A stretch of 64,000 nt of DNA, from NCBI RefSeq assembly GCF_009834535.1, contig NC_045702.1:68634001-68698000 (forward strand), in the 5' to 3' direction. Origin of the DNA: Camelus ferus. Lineage: Eukaryota. The notes beneath the pieces were generated by a model. The model saw only the letters and a list, made by a program, of their open reading frames with translations, had not been told where the DNA came from and did no database searches. The position numbers were made by a program, and so were the translations under genes. Positions 37,366-48,510 of this stretch are shown piece after piece. Numbering within the stretch: position 1 is the stretch's first letter; the number at the start of each line of letters is the position of its first letter.

Positions 37366-37829
37366 GGGGGAGTGGCCAAGATGGCAGAGTAGAAGGATGC
37401 TCTTAGCTCACCTTCTCCCACGAATATACCGAGAGAGACATCCGCAGACCCACCCATTCACTCAGAATATCTGCTGAACTTTGACAGAACATGGATTTTT
37501 TCAAAAGACAAGATTCCTCACAAATCTGGTAAGAGGGGGGAAAAAAAAAAGAAGAAAAAGGAAATTAGTGTGGGACCTGTCCCGCTGGGAGGGAGCAGCA
37601 AAGGAGAAATAGCGCTCTTACGCTGGGACTCCCCCTCTCCAATGGAGAGGTCAGCAGGGATGGAGGGGGGACCCCTGAGGCTCAAGGCTCGGACCTGTGC
37701 AGAGAAGCCCTTAGCCGACAAAACTAAATGAAATGGGCACAAAGGGTCCCTGCAACCCCCAACCCTACACGCAAGCCTGTGGGGGTAGCCCGGGACTGGC
37801 TGCCCGAGCTGAGTGGAGGACTGGGGCTG
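37366..37829 (+). mobile_element. L1 5'UTR/promoter fragment (cetartiodactyl type), 5' end intact, 3'-truncated
   Basis: GGGGGAGTGGCCAAGATGGCAGAGTAGAAGGA..AGCTCACCTTCTCCCAC start, with YY1-type CAAGATGGC at 37377-37385; later GGGACCTG..CTGGGAGGGAGC and GAGGACTGGGG blocks. Confidence 0.8.
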
Positions 37830-38049
37830 CCGCTGGTCTGCTGGTGGGCGAGCTAGTCCCACAGGCTGCGAGGCTGCAGCTTTCCTGTGGCTGGTGTCCA
37901 CTTTCTGGTAGGCAAGGCCAGACCAGGCTCGCCGGTGGCTGGAGGCTGGAGGAGAGCAAGGGATCTTAAGGCAGCCAGTCTGCTGGTGGGTGGGGCTGTG
38001 TCCCCACCCAGTTAGTTGCTTGGTGTGAAAAGTCTTAATATGGAATGGC

Positions 38050-38084
<35 letters not shown>

Positions 38085-38750
38085 GGGCTGAGTCCTGAGG
38101 CTAGTAAGTTAGAGGGAGGATTCCAAAATGGCTCTTACCTGCACCAGAGTCCAAGTGGTAAAATGAGCTGAGAAAAATGACGGCCACCAATGTCCATGTC
38201 CCCAAGAGTGAGCTCTCATTGCTTCCTGCTTATCTGGGAGACTTTCCGAGATCAGGGGTAGATCTGACCCAGGCTCCTTTCAAATTATGGCTTCTGATCT
38301 GGGTACCAGAGCGTGTGACATTTTGTGTGTGCCCTTTAGGAGTGGAGTTTCAATTCCCCACAGTCCTCTGAGCCTCCTGAAAGTAAGCCCCGCTGGCCTT
38401 CAGAGCCAGGTGTTCCAGGGATTCATCTTCCTGGAGCAGGACCCCTGGGCTGGGGTCCCAAGGGGTCTCAGACGCCTCTCTCCTCGTGGAGAACCCCTGT
38501 GATTGTAAAACTATCCCCCTATTTGTTGGTCACTCGTCTCCGGTATGGGTCCCGACTGTGCCGCGACTCTGCCCCTCCTACCTGTCTAACTGTGGTTCCT
38601 TCTTTATATCTTTAGTTACACAAGATCTTTTCTGGTACGTTCTGTTCTTTTTCAGCCATCAGTGTTCTGTAAATAGTTGTAATTCGGGTGTGCCCATGAG
38701 AGGACATGAGCTCAGGCTCTTTCTACTCTGCCGTCTTGGCTAATCTCTCT
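37821..38750 (-). mobile_element. Second L1 5'UTR/promoter fragment (different, older-looking subfamily), 3'-truncated
   Basis: Reverse complement starts AGAGAGATTAGCCAAGACGGCAGAGTAGAAAGAGCCTGAGCTCATGTCCTCTCATGGGCACACC..TAACTAAAGATATAAAGAAGGAACCACA; typical antisense blocks GGCTCCTTTCAAATTA and GAAAGTAAGCCCCGCTGGCCTTCA. Confidence 0.8.
38050..38087 (+). repeat. (GGGCAT)5-GGGCAGGG repeat with seven G3 tracts (G-quadruplex motif)
   Basis: GGG at 38050, 38056, 38062, 38068, 38074, 38080 and 38085, with 2-3 nt loops. Confidence 0.95.
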
Positions 38751-40261
38751 ATTAGGGTTATTTTCAACTCAGTAATTGCTCCACTAAAAAATTCACTTCA
38801 CTACATGTTTACTCTAACTTTTAACAAACCTTACAGGTGAAGTAGTTCATGGTCCAGTATTACATAGTTTCCAATATGAATCACATTATTATAGACTTCC
38901 TATTTTTACATCGAAGAGGAAAATGATGCTTCCTTATCCCTCCCCAGAGTTGCGTTAAGCAGGCAATACCTGTTAAACTGATGAGAAAGCCAAGATGAAA
39001 ATAGAAAGAAAAATCTACACTGCTTGCTATAAGTGTTCAAGGAATGAGACCACATTACAGTATTATTGACTATTTCATTCCATGATTGAAATATTTCTCA
39101 AGGCTTTTAGGTATTCTTGGCTACTTTTTAATTAGCACTTAAGTGAAAATTACCCATTAATTTAAATTGTATTCATTAACAGAAAGGCAATTTTTATTTT
39201 TTGTCATATGCAAAAATTTCACACTTGAGAATTTGTCCATGAAATTCTACTACACAGAATATGCTGTGGTAGACAGTCTATATTCATTTTATCCTGACAA
39301 CAACCCTATGAAGTAAATACTGTTTTTCTTGTTTTTTTTTAATGGGAAAATTAAAAACAGACAGGTTAAATAAGTAGCAAAAATCAAAAACCCAGTAAGC
39401 ATGTGGATTTGAGGGTTAAAATATATTTTATAAAAGCATTTCTGCTTTGTAAGAGTATTTGCCAGAAACATAATTTTTACACAAGAGAATAAATGTATGC
39501 AAGAAACTTTTGTTCTTGAACAATGAATGTAATCAACAGTAAAAAAAAAAAAAAGATTAATTACTCTGAAGACAATATTGTATGATTGAGAAATTCCATG
39601 TTGCCTTGACTTTTGTCTTCCGTCAGACCAAGTCTTTAGGTCAGCACACGAGTTATGGAAAGTCTACAGAGTTACTGAAATAACCTAAAAAGAAGAGTAG
39701 AACAACTCCAGATGCAGTTCCACCTCCATCACTTCTTATTTTCCTAAGTCTAAAACTATATTCCTCATTCAGTTGATTGCTTGTTACTCAGTGCATACTA
39801 GGGAGGAACTTGATAATGTCAGGAGCCACCGAGGCTGTCCTAAGGAAAAATCTGACCCTCGGTTCAGGCTCCTGGAAAGAATCTGAGGTGGTGCTGAGAT
39901 GGAAAGCACCTAGAACAGCAAAGATGACTAAATGTTTGTGAAATATGAATCTGTGTTTGTGTAAAGCATTCTTTTGCATTTAAACAGAAGTTGGAGGCCT
40001 TTCAAGAAAATGGATGAAAATACAAACGTCAAGTGAGTTTTGAAAGAAAATTAGAAGGAAAATGTGTCTCTCCAACATGTTCCGTGCAATTGAATGTCAT
40101 ATTTTTCTAGGTGCTGGGGTTAAAATGAAGAGAAGAACATGTCAAAAGAAGTACAGTTAAGAAAGAAGGGGTAGACAGCAATGCTCTTCTTTACAAAGGA
40201 TAGTTGGTCTGTACAAGCTTGTTAATTTTGTTGTTAAAAGCTTCTATGTCTCCAGAAGATT

Positions 40262-40263
<2 letters not shown>

Positions 40264-40301
<38 letters not shown>

Positions 40302-40322
40302 TGTGTGTGTGTGTGTCTGTGT
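40264..40322. repeat. Interrupted (TG)n microsatellite
   Basis: (TG)18 followed by TC-interrupted TG runs. Confidence 0.95.
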
Positions 40323-40956
40323 TTGAATGAGCAATATATCACTGACAGATGTGTTCACATCTGTTATGCTGGCCATGGATTTTTATGTTACTATTTGGAA
40401 AACTGGGTATTTTTGCTTTTTATATTTTGAAACCTGCTTTTAGTTGCAGGCAGGTTTTTAAATATTATATTTGTTCAATTATTTTCTCATATTGGGGTGC
40501 CTCTTTATTTTAAGTGATGCTTTTTATTTATCGTTTTGTCAGATATTAATAAAGCTATACCAGTTTTCTTTCAATTAGCATTTAATTTAATTATATATAT
40601 AATATATATACACATACACACATACATATATATGTATATTTACCTCCTTTTGTTTTCAGCACTTTTCCCTCTTTTTTTTCTTCTCTATAAGAACCAAGGC
40701 TAAGAATTCCATTATATACCCTGTAAGAAGGGTATTATTCTATTTTCCAAAGTGAGAAGGTCACTTTTCAGGCTCTGAGATTATTTCTTACCCAGCTTGG
40801 CCTTGGCTTTGTCTCTTGACCCCTACACTTTCCCATTAAAATGCATGTTCCTGCTTAGCAAGGTAGGCTGATGTCCTCAGTGTGCTAATTTATCTCACCG
40901 GCTCCAGACTTTCCAGTCCTTTCTGGGCTCTGAAGTTTTCTCATTCTTCCCAGGAC

Positions 40957-40979
40957 TTTTTTTTTTTTTTTTTTTTTTT
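40957..40979. repeat. T23 homopolymer
   Basis: Direct reading. Confidence 0.95.
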
Positions 40980-41339
40980 GAGCTTAGTAGCATCTGGAAA
41001 CTTTCCTGTAGCTATCCGGTATGCCATGTTAATTAGCATTTAAATAGTATAACAAGGCTCTTTTTAAAAACGAAATTGAGAAGATGCAATCTTGATCCTA
41101 AATAGAGTTTTAAGATGCTGTAACCACCTTGTTTCCAGTCTCCCCCAAAATTATCATCTAAAAGCTTCTCCTCCTACTGATCATCTTCCCTTTTGTGGTG
41201 ACTCATGGTCTCTCTCTGTCTAACTTCATGGATTCTTATTCCTGGCCTACATTATATACTATTACACAACTAACATCTATTCCCCTTTCTCCTATATTCA
41301 TACCCTGTGGGTAGACACATATTTATTGGCTACTTACTA

Positions 41340-42600
41340 TGATTTAAACACTGTGCTTGGAACTGAGCAACTAAGACACATTTCCTGTGGTCACCAAGGC
41401 CAAAGGATAATCTGGAAAATAGTATGTATAAATGAGCCATTTCAGTAGAGTGAGATACGTGCAAATAAATGTGTTGTATGTACCAAGGCTGGTGTGATTC
41501 ACTATGTCTGTGAGATTCAGGAATGGCCTCCGGGAAGCATATCAAGTGAAGAGGTTTTTAGAGTATAATTAGGGCTTCTTCCCAGTCAGAACAAGAGCAT
41601 CCAGTCAAATGATTAGATTGTACATGTATATTTCACTGTGATAAGCTAAGATTTTGCATAAATTGTAAATACATCAGAATAACTGGGACAGGCTACTAAC
41701 AGAGAGATGTTAGAAGATAGAAATACTGACAAGGAACTGGACTATTAAAAGCCATTTTTTACAATGCCAAGAAAAGAGAAAGCATTGAAAGACTTTGTAT
41801 AAGAGAATAATATTGAGTATTCTTTTTAATTAGGTAACTATATAGCAAGTTTTGAGGTTACTGTAAAGGCATCATCAAGAGACATTGAGGTACCAAACCA
41901 AGCTGATGGTAGCAGGGATAGGAGCAGAACCAGACAAAGCAAGGGTTGACAGTGAAATGAGAAGAATATGGCGATTGATTAGATTTTAAAAATATACTGG
42001 AGATAGAAGAGCTCAGATAACTTAAAAAACATGGTTGACTTCGGGGTATTGAAACTATTATATGCTTTGGAGAAAAGTATAAATGAAAGAAGAGTGATTT
42101 ATTTGGGATAAAAATTAATTTAACTTTGTCCCCTGTTGAAGTTGAACTCTGTAGAGGATATCTATGTGGCTATGTCTCCAAAGCAGATAGAAATACAAGT
42201 TTTGGAAGCTGAAGGAGAGTGAGTTCAGAGATACTGATTTGGAAATTATCAGAATATACATAATACTTGAAGCTATGGTAATGAGGTGAAATGTCATTTT
42301 AAAAATGGTTAGGCTAAAAAGAGAAGAGAGACAGGGATAAAACTTTGATAAAGAATGAAGATATGAAGAGGTGACTCAGTCAACAAAGGTCAGTGAGGGG
42401 TTGGTAATATACCCGTGAGGTAGGAGCGTCCAGTGAGGGCTCTATGATGGAAAACAAAGGAGGGGAGTTTTCAAGTAGGAATTTCAATTAATCAAGAGTA
42501 TCAAATGCCAGAGATTTAAAATAAGATGATAGCTGGATAATTAGGAGATTGTTAGTGATTTACTTAGAGCATTCTGTTCACTGCAGAGAACTGAGGAATG
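41340..42600 (-). mobile_element. L2 LINE remnant
   Basis: Purine-rich antisense L2 blocks, e.g. TTTAACTTTGTCCCCTGTTGAAGTTGA..GCAGATAGAAATACAAGTTTTGGAAGCT..GATTTGGAAATTATCAGAATATA. Confidence 0.6.
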
Positions 42601-42619
42601 AGTGAGGGTGAGATTAGAG

Positions 42620-43064
42620 AAGTCCCAGTTGGATAATTTGAAGAAAGTTTAATAAGGGGACAGTTTGCAAAAGTGTGGGCAGGATGTAAGGAAACCACAA
42701 AGGATGGTGCTATTATTGCAGGCTTTTGACAGAAGATTCCATCACCAACCAAAGGACTGAAGGGAGGGAGGAAGGGGGAAGTACTCACAGAACTTGGAAA
42801 AAGAGGCAGGGCATATGCAGCCAGCTAGTGAAATCCTTCAGGGAGAAAGCCAGGGAAATAAACATGGGACTTCCGTTTCTTTAATCCCGTTTCTTACCCA
42901 TTCTGTTCTCATGCTGGTAATTCCTATTTGTAAACCCGAAATAGAAGCCAGAGGACACGAGAGCCATTTGATTGAGTTTCTACCTATGTTGTTAAGCTCC
43001 CTAGACACAAAGAAGAGAGGATAAACGGAAAGAGGATTTGGAGGGGCAAATAGTTATTTAGCAC
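42620..43064 (-). mobile_element. ERVL LTR (LTR33-like) remnant
   Basis: GAAAGTTTAATAAGGGGACAGTTTGCAAAAGTGTGGGCAGG..AAACCCGAAATAGAAGCCAGAGG..GGATTTGGAGGGGCAAAT..AGCAC. Confidence 0.6.
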
Positions 43065-46000
43065 TTTTATAGTTTATATATAATGAGAATGATGTAGAAT
43101 TTTATTAAAAGAAAATCGGAAGTTTCTTATTAATCCCAATCAATAAATGCTAAATAAATAAAGACTGTCGAATCGGTGGGGTATGATACTTGTAGTCTGC
43201 TTAAGATCCCCAAATCTTGGTCCAGCATCAGTTAAAATCATTTCCATTCACTCACTAGTGAGACATTCACTTTATAGTTCCCAATCCACCCATGACTTGG
43301 GCCTCTATTCCCAGCGCAACCAGCTCATGCTAGCCTATTGTACTGTGGTGTCTTCATCACCCTGTTAGGGGACACGTCTATGTTGCCATATCTCTGCATC
43401 CCACCAACCCCAGCCAGGTGCTGCCCTCCATACTAGGAGAGAAGAAGGTCATCTCAAAGTATTAAAGTGACATTTAATTGAGTTTTTTTTTTTCCCTGTG
43501 TCTCATTATCTGTTCCCTTTTTATACCAACTCAATGTGATCTTTCAACCACCACGTCTTCTAGACACACACACATCACCTGCTAGCCCAGAAAGTAGCCA
43601 AGAAAGAGGAGATCACTCAGTGATGAGAATTTCAAGCCAGGAAGAAGGGCAAGTTTCTGTTGCAGTCTGGTGGTAGAATTACTTTGCAGAAGCAGAGTCT
43701 TTCCATTCCTTTCAAATCTTACCACACTGGTGGTCCAACTCATTAAAGAAATAACTCCTTCTGCCAGGCATCAAGACTTTATACTTTTAAATAGAATGCA
43801 TGTGAGGGTGCTTATTCAGGGTTATTGGGAAAATACTCATAACTATAGGAGTCCTGTTTTCAACAGTAAAATTAACTTAATAAAATCACTTTGATTTACT
43901 AGAGTTTAATTGAATAAATTGAGAGTCTTTTTTGAGAGAATGACTTTCGCATTCAGCTATTCCATTAAAACGCATTTTGTTTCTTCAACTATCAAATAAA
44001 ACACACTTATTTAAGGCAAAAATATCTTTTTAATTTTGTTGTTGTTTCAAGAAAGGAGGTAGCAAATAAATGATTGATGTGTCCAAGTTAGAATCACAAA
44101 TCTTGCCTGCTTTGAGATTGAAAATACCCTGATGAACTCTTTAATCTCTCTTGAGAAGGACTTTGTAAGCAATCACTTGTATTTTCTTCTGTGCTGTTGA
44201 ATCTTCTCCTACTTTAGAAAAAAATAAAAACCCCAACTGAACAGAGAAAACTGGTTTTCTGCCAAAACTGTCTCAATTGTAACCTACATAGTTCATTTTA
44301 AAGCACTCATTTATCATTCACAAATTAACCTTGTAAGGGATAGCCACTCTCATTTCCACTGCCTTTCTGTCCTAGGGAGAATAAACCTCGAGCATTAAAC
44401 AAATAATGAGAGTTGAGTCTGTGAGGCATATTTAATGCAAAGAGGATTTTTAATGACATCTCTATAATTATAGACATTGATAACTGACTATAAATCTTCA
44501 TTTCCCAAATGCCATAGCCATTAGGAATAGAATTATACATAATTTGTACTAGATGTTTTTAAGAACCTTATGCCAAAATCACCCTGCTTTCTTTTAGTTT
44601 CAAATATTGGTTTTTGGGAGTGGATATCAGACAGATATTTATTATAGAACATAGCTATAAATACACCATGTGGAATGATATTAAGTGTTAGAGCCTTTGC
44701 CTTTTAATTGGAATATGATATCACCACTATGATATTGATTATAAATCTTAGTTCAACTATTGAGTGGCACTTTAAAAATCACACGTTTTAAATAATAATA
44801 ATAATAATGTATGAAAAAATCTTGGTTACTCTAGTGGGTAACAAGCTACACTGGAAAAGTTATAGATGTGATTTTTACTGCATGAATACTTATTCTTGTA
44901 AGCTCTGCCTTGGAACTTTATTGCAGACAAATTTTTAAGGTGCTTCAAAAATTCTATGGAACGTTTGCAAGTCTGGGTTCTCCCAGCCCCTGTTTTCTGT
45001 AAAGCTTTATGGGCTCAGCTTGTACATTTAAAGACATTTTCCTTAAAGGCTTTCTTATAGGGGAGTCCATGGCAAAATGTGTGATTTCTGACACCTTTCC
45101 TGTTCCCAACAGCACCTTTCTGAATTTATGTTCTCTGTCCTGAATCCTGTTCTCTAGGGATGGAGACAACAGAATGTCTCATTTAATGGTCAATTTCTAA
45201 TTTGCTACCCCCTCAAAAGAGAACATTCTTAAATATTTGGAGAGATATCATTTCACCGTTTGACTTTAAGGTGATTTACTATCTTTCTAAATGGTCTTGA
45301 GCAACCAAATCTACCTTATATACAATATGGATGTTGAAATTGAATAAGAAGATACATTTTATATGGCTTTCAGTTGTGCTCTCAGGGGAAATTTGCCACA
45401 TAGCCAACTAATAAATAATATTGTTTAAACTTGGCATCCATGACTGTTTAAGTGCTTCTCAGAAATTAGCCCGTTAATCTTCATGCGGCTGCTTGTAAAG
45501 TAGACAGTAAGGTATCTTCTTCTTCTTCCCACTTTCCTCCGTTATCCCACTCAGCTACCTAGAATTCTACACTGTTGTGCTTGTGTCGTTACAGGCAGGT
45601 TCCCTGTGTGCTTCTCTGCAGAGTAAAGCACTCATGGCGTGAGTGTCTGTGTCCTCCCTTCTGTGAGATGATCCAGGAAGTTCACACCAGGCCCTCGGGG
45701 CTCTGTTTAGAGGGTGAGGCACATGACTGGTGCAGGCAAACACACTGAATATATTGCATGATTTCTGAGTCATTGAAAATGATCTCTCTATTTTACTAAC
45801 AGAGCCCCTCTTCCCTTAAAGGAAGCCCTGACACCTCTTCTGCATCCATTCTTTGCTTGTTGTGAAAGGGACATTCTATTAACAGCAAAACAACATATCT
45901 GAGAGACCTGTTCCATTACTTTCTTATGGGTCACTCAAAAGGCATAAAATCTCTTTCCAAATAGATAAAGTTATTTGGAGATTTTTAATATCTTACTACC

Positions 46001-48384
46001 ACTGTCAATGTATTATTCTTATTTCCCAGAAGAAAAACCTGTGGCATATTGAGTGAAGCACAATGTGTGAAATATGATAAAATGTTTGGTTATTTAATTA
46101 TGGGCTATTCATATTGTACTGAGCTATGACCACAAGCTCAGATCATCTCTGTTTACAGTATACATGATGCTTTTCAAGAATTACATTACATCTGAAACTG
46201 AGAACAATGAGATATAAAATTAGACGTTGTTGATTATAAATCAGTGACTGTAAATCTGAAAAATTAATTTGAAATTTTCCATGAAGCACAATAAATACTA
46301 TTTGTAAATATTTCCTTTCAGGTCTACAAGAAATTTGTTCTCATTCTGTACTTCCTGATTCTTCTCTTCCCCAACTTTCTTCTTTCTAAAGCCTTGGAGT
46401 TCCAGGACGTGTACCTGAGTAGAATATAAAGCAGGCTCCTCCTATTTTCATAATAGGAATTGGACTATTACCTTATTACATGCAGTATTGATGGCTCACA
46501 ATCCCCGAACATTCACAGATTCAAGGGGAAAGCAATGAGTCAATTAACTTCAACGTGAGTAGTTACCAGCTGTTGGGAAAAGGTCTGTGTACCAAGGGAG
46601 GCATTATTCAATTGGAGAGTGACAAATGAATAAGCATGAAGTCACATCCACCTCCCAGTGAGTGATGTGACAACAAATATTATTTATTTCATTAGTGGGA
46701 CTTGAAAGGGTGCTCAAGGTGTCCTGAATCTCTTTTTCTCAATACTCACAACTGCCTAAGAGGGGACTAGAATGGAATGGACTTTGTCTTGTTTAATGGA
46801 TTGTGTAGAGTTCATAATGTATATTTTCATGGGAATGTTTTAGCTCTGTGTCAAAGCTCATTCATCATGATGTTGTTTGTTTTTTAAAATCTAAATAGAG
46901 CAAAAGATTAAGTGACCTTTTGCCCTTTGGTATATTTACCAGACAATTTTTTATAAATAATTAAATCTTGAGAATATGAGGGGTTGTAAAAATCACTTAA
47001 AATTCCTTTCTTTCATAAAGAGAATACAATTAATACTGCAATACTTGAAATTTTAAAATTTTTCTACGATTTATGAAGCAGCAAAACAGTACTATGCAGA
47101 ATCCATGAAATTTAAGTTAACCCTTCAGATAGAAAACAAGAATAATAGATTTAAGAACATCACCTCTTCCATAGGTCACTTTTATGCTCTCCTCAATCCT
47201 TTGGTATTAATTAGTCACCTTTAAATTAATGTTAAATAGAACAACAAGAGCAGAAGGTAAATGCTGTGTTCAAATGAGTGATTGAGTCAAAGATGGGGAA
47301 AAGTGCAGGAGAAAATTATAATCCATGTCGTTTATAGTTAACATCTGAACATTGTACAGTTGGGGTAAATTATTCTATTAGCTGCTTTTAATTTTTATGT
47401 ATTTCTATAGAAGCCTTTTAAGACATTTCTTGGCTATGTACTTTTATTCACATATTGATTCTTCTTTTGGCAAGATTTCCTTCTTGTGATTAGCATTATG
47501 TATACCTGGATATTTGTTTCAAGAGAAGTATGTAATACAAGTCCCAGAGCTTTCTTCTGGTGAACCTTACAACCTTAACTGGGTCCAGTTAAGCTAAATT
47601 TTCACTTGTACTTCTAAACTCTGAATCATCTTATCTTGCCTAAAGTTCATGATATCTGAAATTCCCTAGATATCATTTTAATTTTATTATCTCTATCCCC
47701 CGTATTGGTTTCATATGGCTAAGCCTTAGCTTTTCACATAGACATAAAGCATTCCCCTTCAAAGCCTGTGTTTTGAGGCTTTTAAAACCCATATTCTTTG
47801 TAATTGGCTAACTCTTACATACGGAAACACAGAGTTGAATTTTGAAGCATAAGCAACTTAAGTTTTTGTTTTGTGATGTAATTATATGTAATCCCATCAA
47901 ATGAGTTTATTTTCCTTTAAAATATGAAAGAACTATGGTCTTTGGAAACAGAGTGGTAATAAGATTTGGACTTCATCAGTGGGTGATCCTCTATGTTAAT
48001 CAACAAAGGAAACAGTTTATAGATTAATGTTCACTGGACAAGTTGACACACACATGGACACATACACACCCCTATATATATATAAATGACAAACCAGTTT
48101 TCTTTTATACTCCAATGATTTTTGTTCCTACCCCACTTCTGAAAACAGTAAGTTTGCTATGACTATGAGTTTTCTTATTGTTAGCATCCCATCTTCCTTT
48201 TCCTGTCTTTAATCCTCGACGTTAATGAAAGTGCAGATCTCTCACCACCATACACTTGCTTCCTTGGTTGCCATGCTGAAGGAGTCTGCTATACATTAGT
48301 TGAATAATGTGTGAAAATTCTGTTACAAGATGTGATGTATGTTTCCAACATAAAAATTATCTGAAAAATTTATTGAAAACTTAG

Positions 48385-48510
48385 ATGATTATGCCCCACA
48401 CCTTTGGATCCTGAATCAGAAAGTTTGGGGCGATTCCTACATGTTTGTATGTTGAATGTATTTTCCCCAGTGATACCAGTGCACAGCCAGTTTTGAAAAG
48501 CATTGTTCAG
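48385..48510. mobile_element. MER5-like MITE remnant
   Basis: GCCCCACACC..CTGAATCAGAAAGTTTGGGG..CCCCAGTGAT..TTTTGAAAAGCATTG. Confidence 0.4.

Noticed and set aside
37263-38743. Cluster of ORFs (up to 127 aa) as a protein-coding gene with a CpG-island promoter
   Set aside because: The ORFs are overlapping frames on both strands of GC-rich L1 5'UTR sequence, where stop codons are naturally rare.
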